Virus record (IMG/VR): IMGVR_UViG_3300005805_000440
Span: 1 to 25,469 of that record
Direction: 5' to 3' (one strand)
Source of the DNA: a virus
Taxonomy: Duplodnaviria; Caudoviricetes
Length of the DNA: 25,469 nucleotides
Within the stretch, counting starts at the first letter, position 1, and each line of letters starts with the position of its first letter. The position numbers and the translations under genes were made by a program. This document shows positions 16,701 to 25,095 of this stretch, piece by piece. The notes beneath the pieces are model-generated. The model was not told the origin of the DNA. It saw only the letters and a list, made by a program, of their open reading frames with translations, and searched no databases.

Positions 16701-18028
16701 TTGGTGGTGGATCTGGTGGCCTTGCAGTTCTGTTAAATCCAGAAACTAATAATGGGTATTATTTTGAAATAGTTGCACTTACAGAAAGAAATATTGAACA
16801 GTACCTTAAGATTGATAGTAAAACTGGCGAGGGTCAGATATCAGTAAACAACGTAGTATTTTATAAAGTCAAAAAAGACTCATCAAACACAAATGCAATT
16901 CCTATCAAACTTTGGGGCGGTCTTACAAATATTTTAGTTGATGATGGAAGATTTACTGGTCAGTATAGAATGATGGGTGAAGAAAATCCGACGGTATATG
17001 ATTTATCCGTAGAATATCAAGACATTGGTAATACTCGTAGATTCTATCTATACATTAATAACAAACTAATTAAGATAGTAGATGACACAGATCCGCTACC
17101 AATATATAACAATATGGCTTTATTTGTTCGTGGTTCTTCAAGAGTAATGTTTGAAAATATATATGCATTAACACATAACTATGCTCAAAACACAGTTGCT
17201 ACAGTAGGCGAAACCCTTTCTGGTGTATTTGGAGATAAGCAAATAGACAGTAGTGAAGCCTTTAGAAAATATGCTATGTCTGGTATTATTCAATCTACAT
17301 ATCTATCTGGAATTAGTTCACAAGAGCCGCCAAGATATAACATGTACTTTGAAGAGTTTGGTAGCATTATGCGTGAGTGTGCATATTTTGATATTAGATA
17401 TGATCGTGCATACCCTGCGCTTTATGCAAAACTTTCTCCTACTTTTAATAGAATTAAAGGATATGCTGTTTCTGGATTTCAAGCAGATTCTTATGGCGCA
17501 GAGTTTTTAATATTTAATGCAACAGACACAGCCTTAAATCTAGATGAAACAACAGGAAACTATTTAAGAATTCAGGGTGTGACCTTTACTCAAGATACAA
17601 CACATCAATTAACCGTAGATGAATATTTTAGAAAGAAAAGCAACTTAGCAGATCCAGAATTTGAAGGGGATTCAATAACAACTTCTTCTCTTGTAGAAAA
17701 ATCTAAATACGATGAGATTAAACTTAGTAGATTAATATATGGCAAAAATGAATTTTCTTTAGATAGTTTATACATTCAAACCCCAGATGATGCTGAAGAT
17801 CTGCTTGGGTGGATTATAAATAAAACCATGGAACCTAAAAAATCTATAGGCATTCAATTGTTTGCTATACCTACATTACAACTTGGAGACATTGTTACTG
17901 TAACATATCAAAATAAAGATGGTTTGGATATGGTTACTGACTCTACAACAAGATTTGTAGTATATAATATGGAATACTCTAGATCAAATACTGGACCATC
18001 AATGACAGTATATTTGAGTGAGGTATAA
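13709..18028 (+). CDS. Large tail tip / baseplate hub protein
   Basis: 1439 aa, beta-rich. Hub-like segments LNQLAVATQSAMFFDEYNNFV and IPTLQLGDIVTV. Internal lectin-like region (NGYYFEIV..RFYLYINN). Confidence 0.7.
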   Translation: MFVSEALKTHFETSATINLQSLVLAEWNMNMPDNIFKVGNYRYRPTDANSLYSTLPFSFDQLDEGNYYTGATDADVVIDGGFQNDGTPQQFTLTKDKMNMIFSLEDCLKPFRPRSGINKAFYVDGRYFANSGANMAERPRYYMPSRYDEFRYWTSYRTEDGEEYGIAKNISNDLYFIDDAVPFVVYKEQIPTNRIVLKMQTNVGSVDLGPFTTNIGSVDDPLYGDANKTTPSRWKVQYLNENDWLDLYTFNEFTTRDDEDNSPVIGPDGYVELEYGLIIPDEYKDIFVFAEQLSSSTLLPENNIIGYAYLIVENDNEVGLFHIWTGSEYETFAPTYGWSLGSETITNQTSFVDDLTSPSSFIDAVDSNTKYRQFQYIKGLRIVVDTMNKLDATFDLIEMSPRLLVNISEKVVDFRVSKTLSDLSTSSIPVGQLTASSGELNIFDDDQAFNDNNTNSIIADYLRKNIKFMFYEKIMDVDGFDYYIPIKTLHSEGFPQADLTGATVSLQLRDFYFYLESMPAPRLLMTQTSLSMAICTLLDYIGFSNYVFRRVTDESDPVIPFFFVAPDQNVAEVLNQLAVATQSAMFFDEYNNFVVMSKNYLLPDAEDRSTDFVLSGSNNQTDNGVVKNSTSGNLPNILSIASQDKKVFNDGKINYTTRYIQRSYGSIRQANLVDREKTWIYKPVLLWEVAGTENLKTVNEIAASQGSYVLGAMPINSDLPSTLPTVSNGAVINNILDLGENVYWLTRYQGYFYSNGEIIKYDAVQFNITGTGNVWISSNQDYQRYFGSLPFNGKIYPTGLVRIYSLPYYETIDGNTRMKSGEVYQHGRGQFGTAVTDHTAGINTYWTNNDYVRGCNMQTQYLFTTTLDEDITPPSTTTGAAGVDNALARETTRNGVIKNFMATNYLTETQVNNLKSTQTGTIQSSALVMNGPSFRTTETPVNFVSYVYKDLNNAYRHFGTRMRVVGKIENNEVRGQTPIGSTAYYQVTGAGTNQNISIGGGSGGLAVLLNPETNNGYYFEIVALTERNIEQYLKIDSKTGEGQISVNNVVFYKVKKDSSNTNAIPIKLWGGLTNILVDDGRFTGQYRMMGEENPTVYDLSVEYQDIGNTRRFYLYINNKLIKIVDDTDPLPIYNNMALFVRGSSRVMFENIYALTHNYAQNTVATVGETLSGVFGDKQIDSSEAFRKYAMSGIIQSTYLSGISSQEPPRYNMYFEEFGSIMRECAYFDIRYDRAYPALYAKLSPTFNRIKGYAVSGFQADSYGAEFLIFNATDTALNLDETTGNYLRIQGVTFTQDTTHQLTVDEYFRKKSNLADPEFEGDSITTSSLVEKSKYDEIKLSRLIYGKNEFSLDSLYIQTPDDAEDLLGWIINKTMEPKKSIGIQLFAIPTLQLGDIVTVTYQNKDGLDMVTDSTTRFVVYNMEYSRSNTGPSMTVYLSEV

Positions 18029-18030
18029 AA

Positions 18031-19047
18031 ATGGCAGATGATTTTTCAGATTTTACTATTTCTGGCTTAGAAGGTTTAAGCGATCTTAACTTTGGAAATT
18101 TTAATTTTAATTGGGATTGGTCTGGAATAGGAGAATTTTTCTCAGACCCACATAACTGGGATAGAGAAATGGCAGCAGTAAATGCTGGAATAAATGCTAG
18201 CCCAGTACTAGCAATGTCTCCAGAAGATCAAACTGATTATTTTAAAAGATATATTGCTGGCGATCCTGAAATCCTGGCACAAGATGCAGAGGCTGCAAAG
18301 TTAGTAAAAGAAGCGCAAGATAAAGCAAGAGAAGACTATAACAAATTTCATAATATTACAACAAAAGTTACGCCAACACCAGTAGGTTCTCCATACTACG
18401 AGGGCATGTGTGCTGGAAGAAGAAGGATGCAGGCATATAGTGACGGTAGCGTTAAAGACCTTGGTCCAGCACCAGATACAACAAGTTATGGATGTAGGGA
18501 TGATGGCGGAGATTACAGTGGTGGATTTAACACAAGTTTGATAGATCCTCCACCAGCAGTTACGCCAACCCCAATTAAACCGACTGTTCCACCTCCACCT
18601 CCTCCACCTCCACCAAAAACTGCTCCCATAGACACTATTCTTTTTGATGATGAGTCTGTTCCAATAGAAATAATGACAGACCTTATCTTTGAAGATATAG
18701 GTGGACACGAACTTATCAATATTGCTCGTAATGATACTATTAATGGGCAGACCGTTTCATACCAGCCAATAAAAAATCTTACAGCAATTCAGCAACAATA
18801 TAACCCTAATAATATTGTTAGCCTTCAAAATACATCTGATAGATATTTTGCCAATTTTGCAATTAAACTTGAAACAAAACTGCCAGGTGAAGGTGATGGC
18901 GGTGGACCAAACGGATCATATGTTTATATAGATACTGATACTGGAGATTTAATTGTAGAACTTCTTAACTTAGACCCAGATGAACAGATAGAGGTTCAGA
19001 TTAGTCTAAGTGGTACAATATATGAGGCGGAGTTTAATGAATCATGA
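18031..19047 (+). CDS. Minor tail protein with Pro-rich linker
   Basis: Within the tail module. Acidic/aromatic N-terminus, Pro-rich linker, globular acidic C-terminal domain. Confidence 0.5.
   Translation: MADDFSDFTISGLEGLSDLNFGNFNFNWDWSGIGEFFSDPHNWDREMAAVNAGINASPVLAMSPEDQTDYFKRYIAGDPEILAQDAEAAKLVKEAQDKAREDYNKFHNITTKVTPTPVGSPYYEGMCAGRRRMQAYSDGSVKDLGPAPDTTSYGCRDDGGDYSGGFNTSLIDPPPAVTPTPIKPTVPPPPPPPPPKTAPIDTILFDDESVPIEIMTDLIFEDIGGHELINIARNDTINGQTVSYQPIKNLTAIQQQYNPNNIVSLQNTSDRYFANFAIKLETKLPGEGDGGGPNGSYVYIDTDTGDLIVELLNLDPDEQIEVQISLSGTIYEAEFNES
18589..18615 (+). repeat. CCW trinucleotide run encoding 9 consecutive prolines
   Basis: CCACCTCCACCTCCTCCACCTCCACCA, read directly. Confidence 0.9.
19011..19019 (+). 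promoter_or_regulatory. Possible intragenic extended -10 promoter
   Basis: TGGTACAAT about 25 nt upstream of ATG 19044. Confidence 0.4.
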
Positions 19048-20171
19048 TAACTAATACTGGTAAGAATATTATAGGCAAGTACCTGCTAGGACAGGCACCT
19101 GCATATGCATCCTATATAGCCGTTGGATGCGGTCCAGAGCCTCTAGCAACAGCAGACCCATATGGTGACTATGCCAATAAAGCAAACCTTGATTTTGAGA
19201 TGTTTCGTGTTCCTATTTCTTCCAGAGGGTTTGTAACAGAGTCTGGTGTAACAAAATTAGTATTGACTGCAGAACTACCAACAGAAGAAAGATATGAAAT
19301 ATCAGAGGTTGGTTTGTATTCTGCAGGAACAAATCCATCCGCTGGTGCCTATGATAGCAAAACTATTTTTGCATTTACTACTGGTGAAAACTGGCAATAT
19401 CACTCTGCTACGTCGGCAGTTGGTTTAGATTCTTATGCAGATCCATTAGATGATCCAGCAGATGATAATGTTATTGCAGTAACAAGCGATGTGGTATTTC
19501 AAACAAACGCAGACAATGCTATTTTCTTTAAAGCGGGTAGAGATGAAATCTACGAAAGATGCAGATTCTTTAATAACATAATCATGATTCAAGGAGATAC
19601 CTCCGATTTAACTGCCTCTGCTACTTCTGGTTTTACAATTACTGGCGGATCTCAGCATATTCACCTAACTGGTGTTGATGTTGATCTTACAAGAAACGCA
19701 CCAACAGACGAATTGAGACTTGCATTTTCAGTTATAAATAGAGATGGCGATTCAGGTGTCTCACCAGACGCTGTAAAAATATTAGTTGAGTTTGCATCAG
19801 CAGATGATGGATCTGGTGAAAGTGCAAGATTTGTTGTAGATATAACTGATGGTGCTGGAGGCTATGATTTTTCAACAAACAGATATCATGTTGTGTCTAA
19901 ACAATTACAGCAATTAGTTACAACTGGTGGTTTTACTTGGGATGCAGTTACAGTTGCAAAAATATATGCTTCTGTAGAAGTCTCTGGAAACCCATCTAGC
20001 AACTATTATGTTGCTCTTGATGCAATGCGTCTTGAAAATATAACTACATCAAATCCACTTTATGGTTTAACTGGGTATACAGTTGTAAAAAATACAGATG
20101 CTGAAACAATTGTTAAGTCACCAAATACAAGTAACTATATTGAGTTTAGGTTTTCAATAGGTGTAACATAA
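19044..20171 (+). CDS. Minor tail / baseplate fibre-anchoring protein
   Basis: MITNTG..YIAVGCG..EMFRVPI..ISEVGLY resembles tail-collar/fibre N-terminal anchor domains. Beta-rich middle region. Confidence 0.6.
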   Translation: MITNTGKNIIGKYLLGQAPAYASYIAVGCGPEPLATADPYGDYANKANLDFEMFRVPISSRGFVTESGVTKLVLTAELPTEERYEISEVGLYSAGTNPSAGAYDSKTIFAFTTGENWQYHSATSAVGLDSYADPLDDPADDNVIAVTSDVVFQTNADNAIFFKAGRDEIYERCRFFNNIIMIQGDTSDLTASATSGFTITGGSQHIHLTGVDVDLTRNAPTDELRLAFSVINRDGDSGVSPDAVKILVEFASADDGSGESARFVVDITDGAGGYDFSTNRYHVVSKQLQQLVTTGGFTWDAVTVAKIYASVEVSGNPSSNYYVALDAMRLENITTSNPLYGLTGYTVVKNTDAETIVKSPNTSNYIEFRFSIGVT

Positions 20172-20581
20172 TGGCTAATAAGATTCTTAGAATTCCAAAA
20201 AATCAATTGCCACCAGTAGAGTCTGACAATGTTTATTCTATAAGATTTAGAATAATATCTGAAGATAAAAACAGAGTATCTCACTGGTCACCAATTTATA
20301 TTATTGACTCTGTAACGCCAACAACTGTGAGTGGTGATATTGTTGTTAATGGTCCTATTATTACTGCAGTTTGGGGAGATGAAGAAGGCAGACCACAATA
20401 TGATGTTTTTGTCAAATTTGATTCTGATCCATACATATACCACGGAACTTCACCAGTTCACTCTTATTCATTTTTAAATGAGGCATCAAGTACTGTTCGT
20501 GTAGCAATACAAGTAGTAGGTGCCACCAAAACAAGAAATGCTGGCCTTACAATATGGGAATCACCAGTAACCAGCATCTAA
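20171..20581 (+). CDS. Small minor tail protein, Ig/FN3-like
   Basis: YSIRFRIISED..SHWS and W..YDVFVK patterns resemble FN3 strands. TAATG coupling. Confidence 0.45.
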   Translation: MANKILRIPKNQLPPVESDNVYSIRFRIISEDKNRVSHWSPIYIIDSVTPTTVSGDIVVNGPIITAVWGDEEGRPQYDVFVKFDSDPYIYHGTSPVHSYSFLNEASSTVRVAIQVVGATKTRNAGLTIWESPVTSI

Positions 20582-20582
20582 C

Positions 20583-20591
20583 TGGTATAAT
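20583..20591 (+). promoter_or_regulatory. Extended -10 promoter
   Basis: Intergenic TGGTATAAT. AAGGAG RBS before ATG 20608. Confidence 0.7.
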
Positions 20592-20607
20592 TAAATGAAG
20601 GAGAAAA

Positions 20608-21051
20608 ATGGCTAAAGTACCACTACCAGAGAGAGGTCAACCTCTTGATGTAACTTATATTTATCAGTTGGCAGAAACAATCAATGATCTTGCAACACAA
20701 GTTTCATCTGCTACATATAACTATACTACTATTGATACAGTAAGTGCTGGAAAACAAAGCGTAAAAACGTCTGAGGCTAGAGTTATCGGCGGGGATGTAG
20801 AAGTAGCCAACAACTCTACAGTAAGCGCAGGTAACGAAAAGACTTTTGCATATGACTTCCCTTCAGATTTTAAATATGCACCAATTGCTACAGCAACACC
20901 GATTAACATAGGTAACACACCAGCAGGACAAAATGTTACAGTTATTTTAAAATCTGTAACTACATCAAGAGTAGAGGGAGTTGTTCGCTTTGGAGCGTCT
21001 GGCGATCTTTCTCTTAATGTAAATATTATTGTTGTTGGTATTCCAAACTAA
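20608..21051 (+). CDS. Short tail fibre / receptor-binding-like protein
   Basis: N-terminal helix (GQPLD..INDL) and a C-terminal FPSDFKYAP..SVTTS..NIIVVG pattern resembling H-type-lectin/gp53-like fibre domains. Confidence 0.55.
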   Translation: MAKVPLPERGQPLDVTYIYQLAETINDLATQVSSATYNYTTIDTVSAGKQSVKTSEARVIGGDVEVANNSTVSAGNEKTFAYDFPSDFKYAPIATATPINIGNTPAGQNVTVILKSVTTSRVEGVVRFGASGDLSLNVNIIVVGIPN

Positions 21052-21063
21052 GGGGTAATTGTT

Positions 21064-21258
21064 TTGATTCTTCGTTGCAGAAAATGCAATGGCAGAATGT
21101 TTGTTGACAGACAATATTCTAGCCAAATACATTTAGAAACATATTGCTTGTCTTGTGGTGCTAGAAAATTTTTTCATCCACCATCAGATAGCAAGGAGGG
21201 TTTATGGCTTATGGCCCAAGAAACATTGAGAGCAAAGATTACAATAACAAGCCTGTAA
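21064..21258 (+). CDS. Small zinc-ribbon protein
   Basis: C-x2-C-x19-C-x2-C (CRKC...CLSC). TTG start. Fills the gap between neighbouring genes. Confidence 0.65.
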   Translation: MILRCRKCNGRMFVDRQYSSQIHLETYCLSCGARKFFHPPSDSKEGLWLMAQETLRAKITITSL

Positions 21259-21746
21259 TTAAAGGCAATAAAAAAATCTGGTTTCTTAATGGCGACCTTG
21301 TAAGATTTCATCATAGTTCTAGATCTACAGGAATGGTTACTATTTATAATATTACGCAAGATAGATTAGAAACTTGTTTACGATCTGATTTTAGAAAAAA
21401 TAGGCAAAGGGCGTTTAGTGTATCAGAAACTGCACAAATTGTCAATAGGCATCGTAAATATTTTCCTTCATTAGTTAAAAGAGGAATTATTCCAGCACCA
21501 ATGGGATCTCAACCAGGAGGAAAATCTGAATGGCAAGTTAGAGCATACTATTCAGAGTCGCAAGTAAAAGAGATACGTGATATACTTGCTAGTTATCATA
21601 TGGGCAGACCTAGAAAAGATAAACTAATTACAAATAGTATTACACCAACAAGGCAAGAGTTGACACGCAGAATTGGTGATGGTATACTAACATATACGAA
21701 AACAGAAGACGGAAGATTTATTCCAGTCTGGTCAGAAAAGATCTAG
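21204..21746 (+). CDS. Putative DNA-binding protein with MerR/Xis-like HTH
   Basis: FSVSETAQIVNRH..LVKRGIIPAP..RAYYSESQV matches the MerR-like winged HTH pattern. AAGGAGG upstream. Confidence 0.65.
   Translation: MAYGPRNIESKDYNNKPVIKGNKKIWFLNGDLVRFHHSSRSTGMVTIYNITQDRLETCLRSDFRKNRQRAFSVSETAQIVNRHRKYFPSLVKRGIIPAPMGSQPGGKSEWQVRAYYSESQVKEIRDILASYHMGRPRKDKLITNSITPTRQELTRRIGDGILTYTKTEDGRFIPVWSEKI
21660..21688 (+). promoter_or_regulatory. Near-consensus sigma70/SigA promoter inside the HTH gene, facing the replication genes
   Basis: TTGACA (21660-21665), 17-nt spacer containing TG, TATACT (21683-21688). Confidence 0.75.
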
Positions 21747-21761
21747 TCCTTGGGAGGGGCA

Positions 21762-21971
21762 GTGGAAAAAGAGAGCACTAAAGTATCGGCAACACTTGGC
21801 TACACATTAAATCTAGGTAACTTTCAATCTTTGAGAGTTGATCTTGGAGTTGTAGACAATGTACGCAATGATGAAAATGTAGATGAAGCAATGAACCGTG
21901 TTTATAACTTTGTTGAAACCAAGGTTATTGAAAAGGTTAATGAGGCAAAGGCAGCGCTGGTAGAAGAGTAA
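21762..21971 (+). CDS. Small phage protein of unknown function
   Basis: GGGAGG RBS at 21752-21757 favours GTG 21762 over the ORF-track TTG 21750. Contains TLNLGNFQSLRVD. Confidence 0.65.
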   Translation: MEKESTKVSATLGYTLNLGNFQSLRVDLGVVDNVRNDENVDEAMNRVYNFVETKVIEKVNEAKAALVEE

Positions 21972-21972
21972 T

Positions 21973-22281
21973 ATGGCTGATCGCAAAGACCGTATGGCTT
22001 TGCTCAGTCGGTATAACAAACTGCATTTGCAAAGGTACGAAACTAAATCTACACTCAACCTTAATGTTGAGCAGTGGGCTGCTGATGCACTAGTAGAATC
22101 TTATGGGCTGCATCAATGCTACGATTTATTAACATATTATTTTGAGATATCAAAAAATCCATCTTGGAATAGTTTTGCTTATAATGCAGAAGATTTACTT
22201 AATGGTAAAATGGCTATAGAAAAAGATTTAAAAGAACGTGAAGAGCGCAGGGCAAAGGCTAGGGAGTGGCTAAATGATTAA
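21973..22281 (+). CDS. Helical protein, possible helicase loader/partner
   Basis: 102 aa, overlapping the helicase start by 8 nt. Function inferred from position only. Confidence 0.4.
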   Translation: MADRKDRMALLSRYNKLHLQRYETKSTLNLNVEQWAADALVESYGLHQCYDLLTYYFEISKNPSWNSFAYNAEDLLNGKMAIEKDLKEREERRAKAREWLND

Positions 22282-23500
22282 TACAGAGTCTAAATTAATT
22301 TCTGCAGTTCTAAACGATAAACAAGTACACGTTTTGCTTCAGGCAAATGTAGAAAATATTATGCGTACCCATACTGATGTATGGCAGTTTATTCGTAGAT
22401 ATACAGAGGCTAATGGTTCAGTACCGCCAGTTTCTTTGGTAGTTGAGAAGTTTAGAGACTTTGTTCCAGAGCAAGAAGTTGGTGCTACTAAGCATCACCT
22501 AGAAGAGTTGCAGGTTGAATATTTAAATGAAAGCATTAAAGATATTCTTAGATCTGCTGCATCTGAAGTGCAGGCTGGAAATGGATCTGCAGCATTAAAT
22601 GATTTAATTACAAAAACCTCAGAGTTAAAGAAAAACACTTCAACCATTCGTGATATTGATGCAACAGATCTTAAGTCTGCAATTGCATACTTTGAAAATG
22701 TCCGTAAGGAACAAGAGTTAGGCAAGATAGGTATCAAGACTGGTCTGCCAGGATTTGACAACTATCTCCCATCTGGAATCATGCCAGGTCAACTCGGTAT
22801 CTTTCTTGCCTATCCAGGAATTGGTAAATCATGGCTGTCATTGTATTTTGCAGTACAGGCATGGAAACAAGGTAAGACTCCACTAATTATTAGTCTTGAA
22901 ATGTCAGAAGTAGAAGTTCGCAATCGTGTTTATGCAATTATGGGAGAAGGTTTGTGGTCACATCGCAAACTTAGTAATGGTCAAGTAGAAACAGATATGC
23001 TAAAGAAATGGCATCAAGATAAAATTGAAGGTAAGCCACCGTTCCATATTATTTCTAATGATAATGGTGGTGAGATTACCCCATCTGTTATTCGTGGAAA
23101 AATAGATCAGTACAAACCAGACTTTGTTATTGTAGATTATTTACAATTAATGAGTCCAAACCAAAAATCTGATAACGAGACGGTACGAATGAAGAACTTA
23201 TCTCGTGAACTTAAACTAATGTCTATTAGCGAAGAGGTTCCTATTATCTCTATTTCTTCTGCTACACCTGATGATGTTACTAATTTAAATACCGTTCCAA
23301 CTTTAGGTCAAACAGCATGGTCACGACAAATTGCATACGATGCAGACTGGGTTCTTGCACTTGGTCGTGCAGCAAACAGTGATATTATTGAATGTGCATT
23401 TAGAAAAAACCGTAATGGCTTTATGGGAGATTTCCTAGTTCAAGTTGATTTTGACAAAGGCTATTACAGATACAAAGACTTTGAGGGTTCTAATGTTTGA
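22274..23500 (+). CDS. dnaB: Replicative DnaB-like (SF4) helicase
   Basis: Walker A AYPGIGKS, ISLEMS, Walker B VIVDYLQLM, IAYDAD, KNRNG. Confidence 0.93.
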   Translation: MINTESKLISAVLNDKQVHVLLQANVENIMRTHTDVWQFIRRYTEANGSVPPVSLVVEKFRDFVPEQEVGATKHHLEELQVEYLNESIKDILRSAASEVQAGNGSAALNDLITKTSELKKNTSTIRDIDATDLKSAIAYFENVRKEQELGKIGIKTGLPGFDNYLPSGIMPGQLGIFLAYPGIGKSWLSLYFAVQAWKQGKTPLIISLEMSEVEVRNRVYAIMGEGLWSHRKLSNGQVETDMLKKWHQDKIEGKPPFHIISNDNGGEITPSVIRGKIDQYKPDFVIVDYLQLMSPNQKSDNETVRMKNLSRELKLMSISEEVPIISISSATPDDVTNLNTVPTLGQTAWSRQIAYDADWVLALGRAANSDIIECAFRKNRNGFMGDFLVQVDFDKGYYRYKDFEGSNV

Positions 23501-24416
23501 TGAAATATATACAGAAGAACAGGTAGAGAGAGTTCTAAATGGAGTAGGTGTTGAACCTGCATCAGAGACAGAAAGTAACTTTATGATATTCTGTCCATTC
23601 CATAATAATTCTCGTACGCCAGCAGGAACTGTATCTAAAGAAAAGGGCCTATTCTTTTGCTTTGGCTGTCAGACTAGCAAGAATCTTGTAGAGTTTGTTA
23701 TGGCTGTGTCAAATAGATCATATTTTGAATCTGTTAGATATATCAAACAAAAAGATAGCGAAACAGATATTACACAACTTGTAAATAAAAAGTTATATGT
23801 TGCACCAGAGTTTGTGCAATTTGACGAGGTATTAATTAAAAGATTAAATAATCAGGCAGTAGAAACACCAAAGGCTATGAATTATTTTCATAGTCGTAGA
23901 ATAACAGAGGCATCGGTAAGCAAGTTTTCATTAGGATATTCAGATAAACAAGATTATGTAACAATTCCAATCCAGTCTCCAGATGGCATGACTATTGGTT
24001 TTGTTGCAAGATCTATTGAAGGCAAAGATTTTAAAAATACACCAGGCTTACCAAAGTCAAAAGTTTTATTTAATCTTCACAGAGTTAGATCATCTAAGTT
24101 TGTCTATGTAGTTGAATCATCTTTTGATGCAATTAGATTAGACCAAGTAGGGTTTCCCGCAGTTGCTACACTGGGGGCTAATGTTTCATCTGTACAGATA
24201 AATCTATTAGAAAAGTATTTCAGCGATGTTATACTTGTAGCAGACAATGATGAGGCAGGTTCTACAATGGTAGAGCGTATTGTTGGAAAGATAGGCTCTA
24301 AAGTATATGTTCTCAACATTGATAAAAAATACAAAGACATAGGCGAGATGAGCGACGAGGAAATCAAAAAACTTGAGTATAAGTTTGACAACTCTATAGT
24401 CGCTATGCTAAAATAG
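23493..24416 (+). CDS. dnaG: DnaG-like DNA primase
   Basis: CHC2 zinc finger CPFH..CFGC, TOPRIM VVESSFDA and ADNDEAG, KDIGE. ATG 23493 with GAGGG RBS preferred over the ORF-track start 23445. Confidence 0.9.
   Translation: MFDEIYTEEQVERVLNGVGVEPASETESNFMIFCPFHNNSRTPAGTVSKEKGLFFCFGCQTSKNLVEFVMAVSNRSYFESVRYIKQKDSETDITQLVNKKLYVAPEFVQFDEVLIKRLNNQAVETPKAMNYFHSRRITEASVSKFSLGYSDKQDYVTIPIQSPDGMTIGFVARSIEGKDFKNTPGLPKSKVLFNLHRVRSSKFVYVVESSFDAIRLDQVGFPAVATLGANVSSVQINLLEKYFSDVILVADNDEAGSTMVERIVGKIGSKVYVLNIDKKYKDIGEMSDEEIKKLEYKFDNSIVAMLK
24385..24414 (+). promoter_or_regulatory. Sigma70/SigA-type promoter for ssb
   Basis: TTGACA (24385-24390), 18-nt spacer containing TG, TAAAAT (24409-24414). AAGGAG RBS downstream. 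Confidence 0.65.
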
Positions 24417-24434
24417 AAAAAACAAGGAGAAAAA

Positions 24435-25088
24435 ATGACAATCGTAAAAGGTCTAAAAAATATCAACGCTCTTGTAGATAAGCCCAAGTATGAGGGTAAC
24501 GGAGCAAAGGTTCGTTGGCTAAAGTTGGCAGACGGACAATCAGTAAAAATTCGTTTCATTGAAGAGTTGGATGAAGACTCTTCTAATTATAATGACAAGC
24601 GTGGTCTTGCTCTTGTTGTTAAAGAACACACAAATCCAAAAGATTACAAGCGCCGTGCTCTTGACACGATGGAAGCAGAAGGTCGTGACTGGGCAGAAGA
24701 AATGCATCGTAAAGATCCAAAGGCTGGATGGCGAGCACGTCTTCGTTTCTACTGCAATGTGTTGGTAGAAGATGGTCTTGAAGAGCCATATGTTGCAGTA
24801 TGGGCAATGGGTGTAAGCAAGCAATCTGCATTTAATACAATTCGTGAGTATGCACTAGAAACAGGTAGCATCTCAAATCTCACATGGAAGTTGAAGCGTA
24901 ACGGACAGGGAACTGAAACAAGTTACACTCTTATTCCAGGAGCACCAGACAAAGAGCCATATGACTGGTCCAAAGTTGAGCCATTCCCATTGGAGAAGGC
25001 TCTTAACAAAATTCCATACGCTGAACAAGAGGCATTTTATCTCGGATTTGATAGTCCATCAACTGGATCTTCAAATATTGAGTGGTAA
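24435..25088 (+). CDS. Single-stranded DNA-binding protein (phage gp32-like OB fold)
   Basis: WLKLADGQSVKIRF and WKLKRNGQGTETSYTL fit gp32-like phage SSBs. Between primase and polymerase. Strong RBS. Confidence 0.75.
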   Translation: MTIVKGLKNINALVDKPKYEGNGAKVRWLKLADGQSVKIRFIEELDEDSSNYNDKRGLALVVKEHTNPKDYKRRALDTMEAEGRDWAEEMHRKDPKAGWRARLRFYCNVLVEDGLEEPYVAVWAMGVSKQSAFNTIREYALETGSISNLTWKLKRNGQGTETSYTLIPGAPDKEPYDWSKVEPFPLEKALNKIPYAEQEAFYLGFDSPSTGSSNIEW

Positions 25089-25095
25089 TTAACTA

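Noticed and set aside
18301-18719. Antisense poly-Gly and WR-repeat ORFs
   Set aside because: Simply the reverse complement of the polyproline codons.
23445-23492. ORF-track N-terminal extension of the primase
   Set aside because: Overlaps the helicase C-terminus. ATG 23493 has an RBS and a typical 8-nt overlap.
24104-24831. Several alternative-frame and antisense ORFs over primase and ssb
   Set aside because: They overlap well-supported genes and show no motifs or expression signals.
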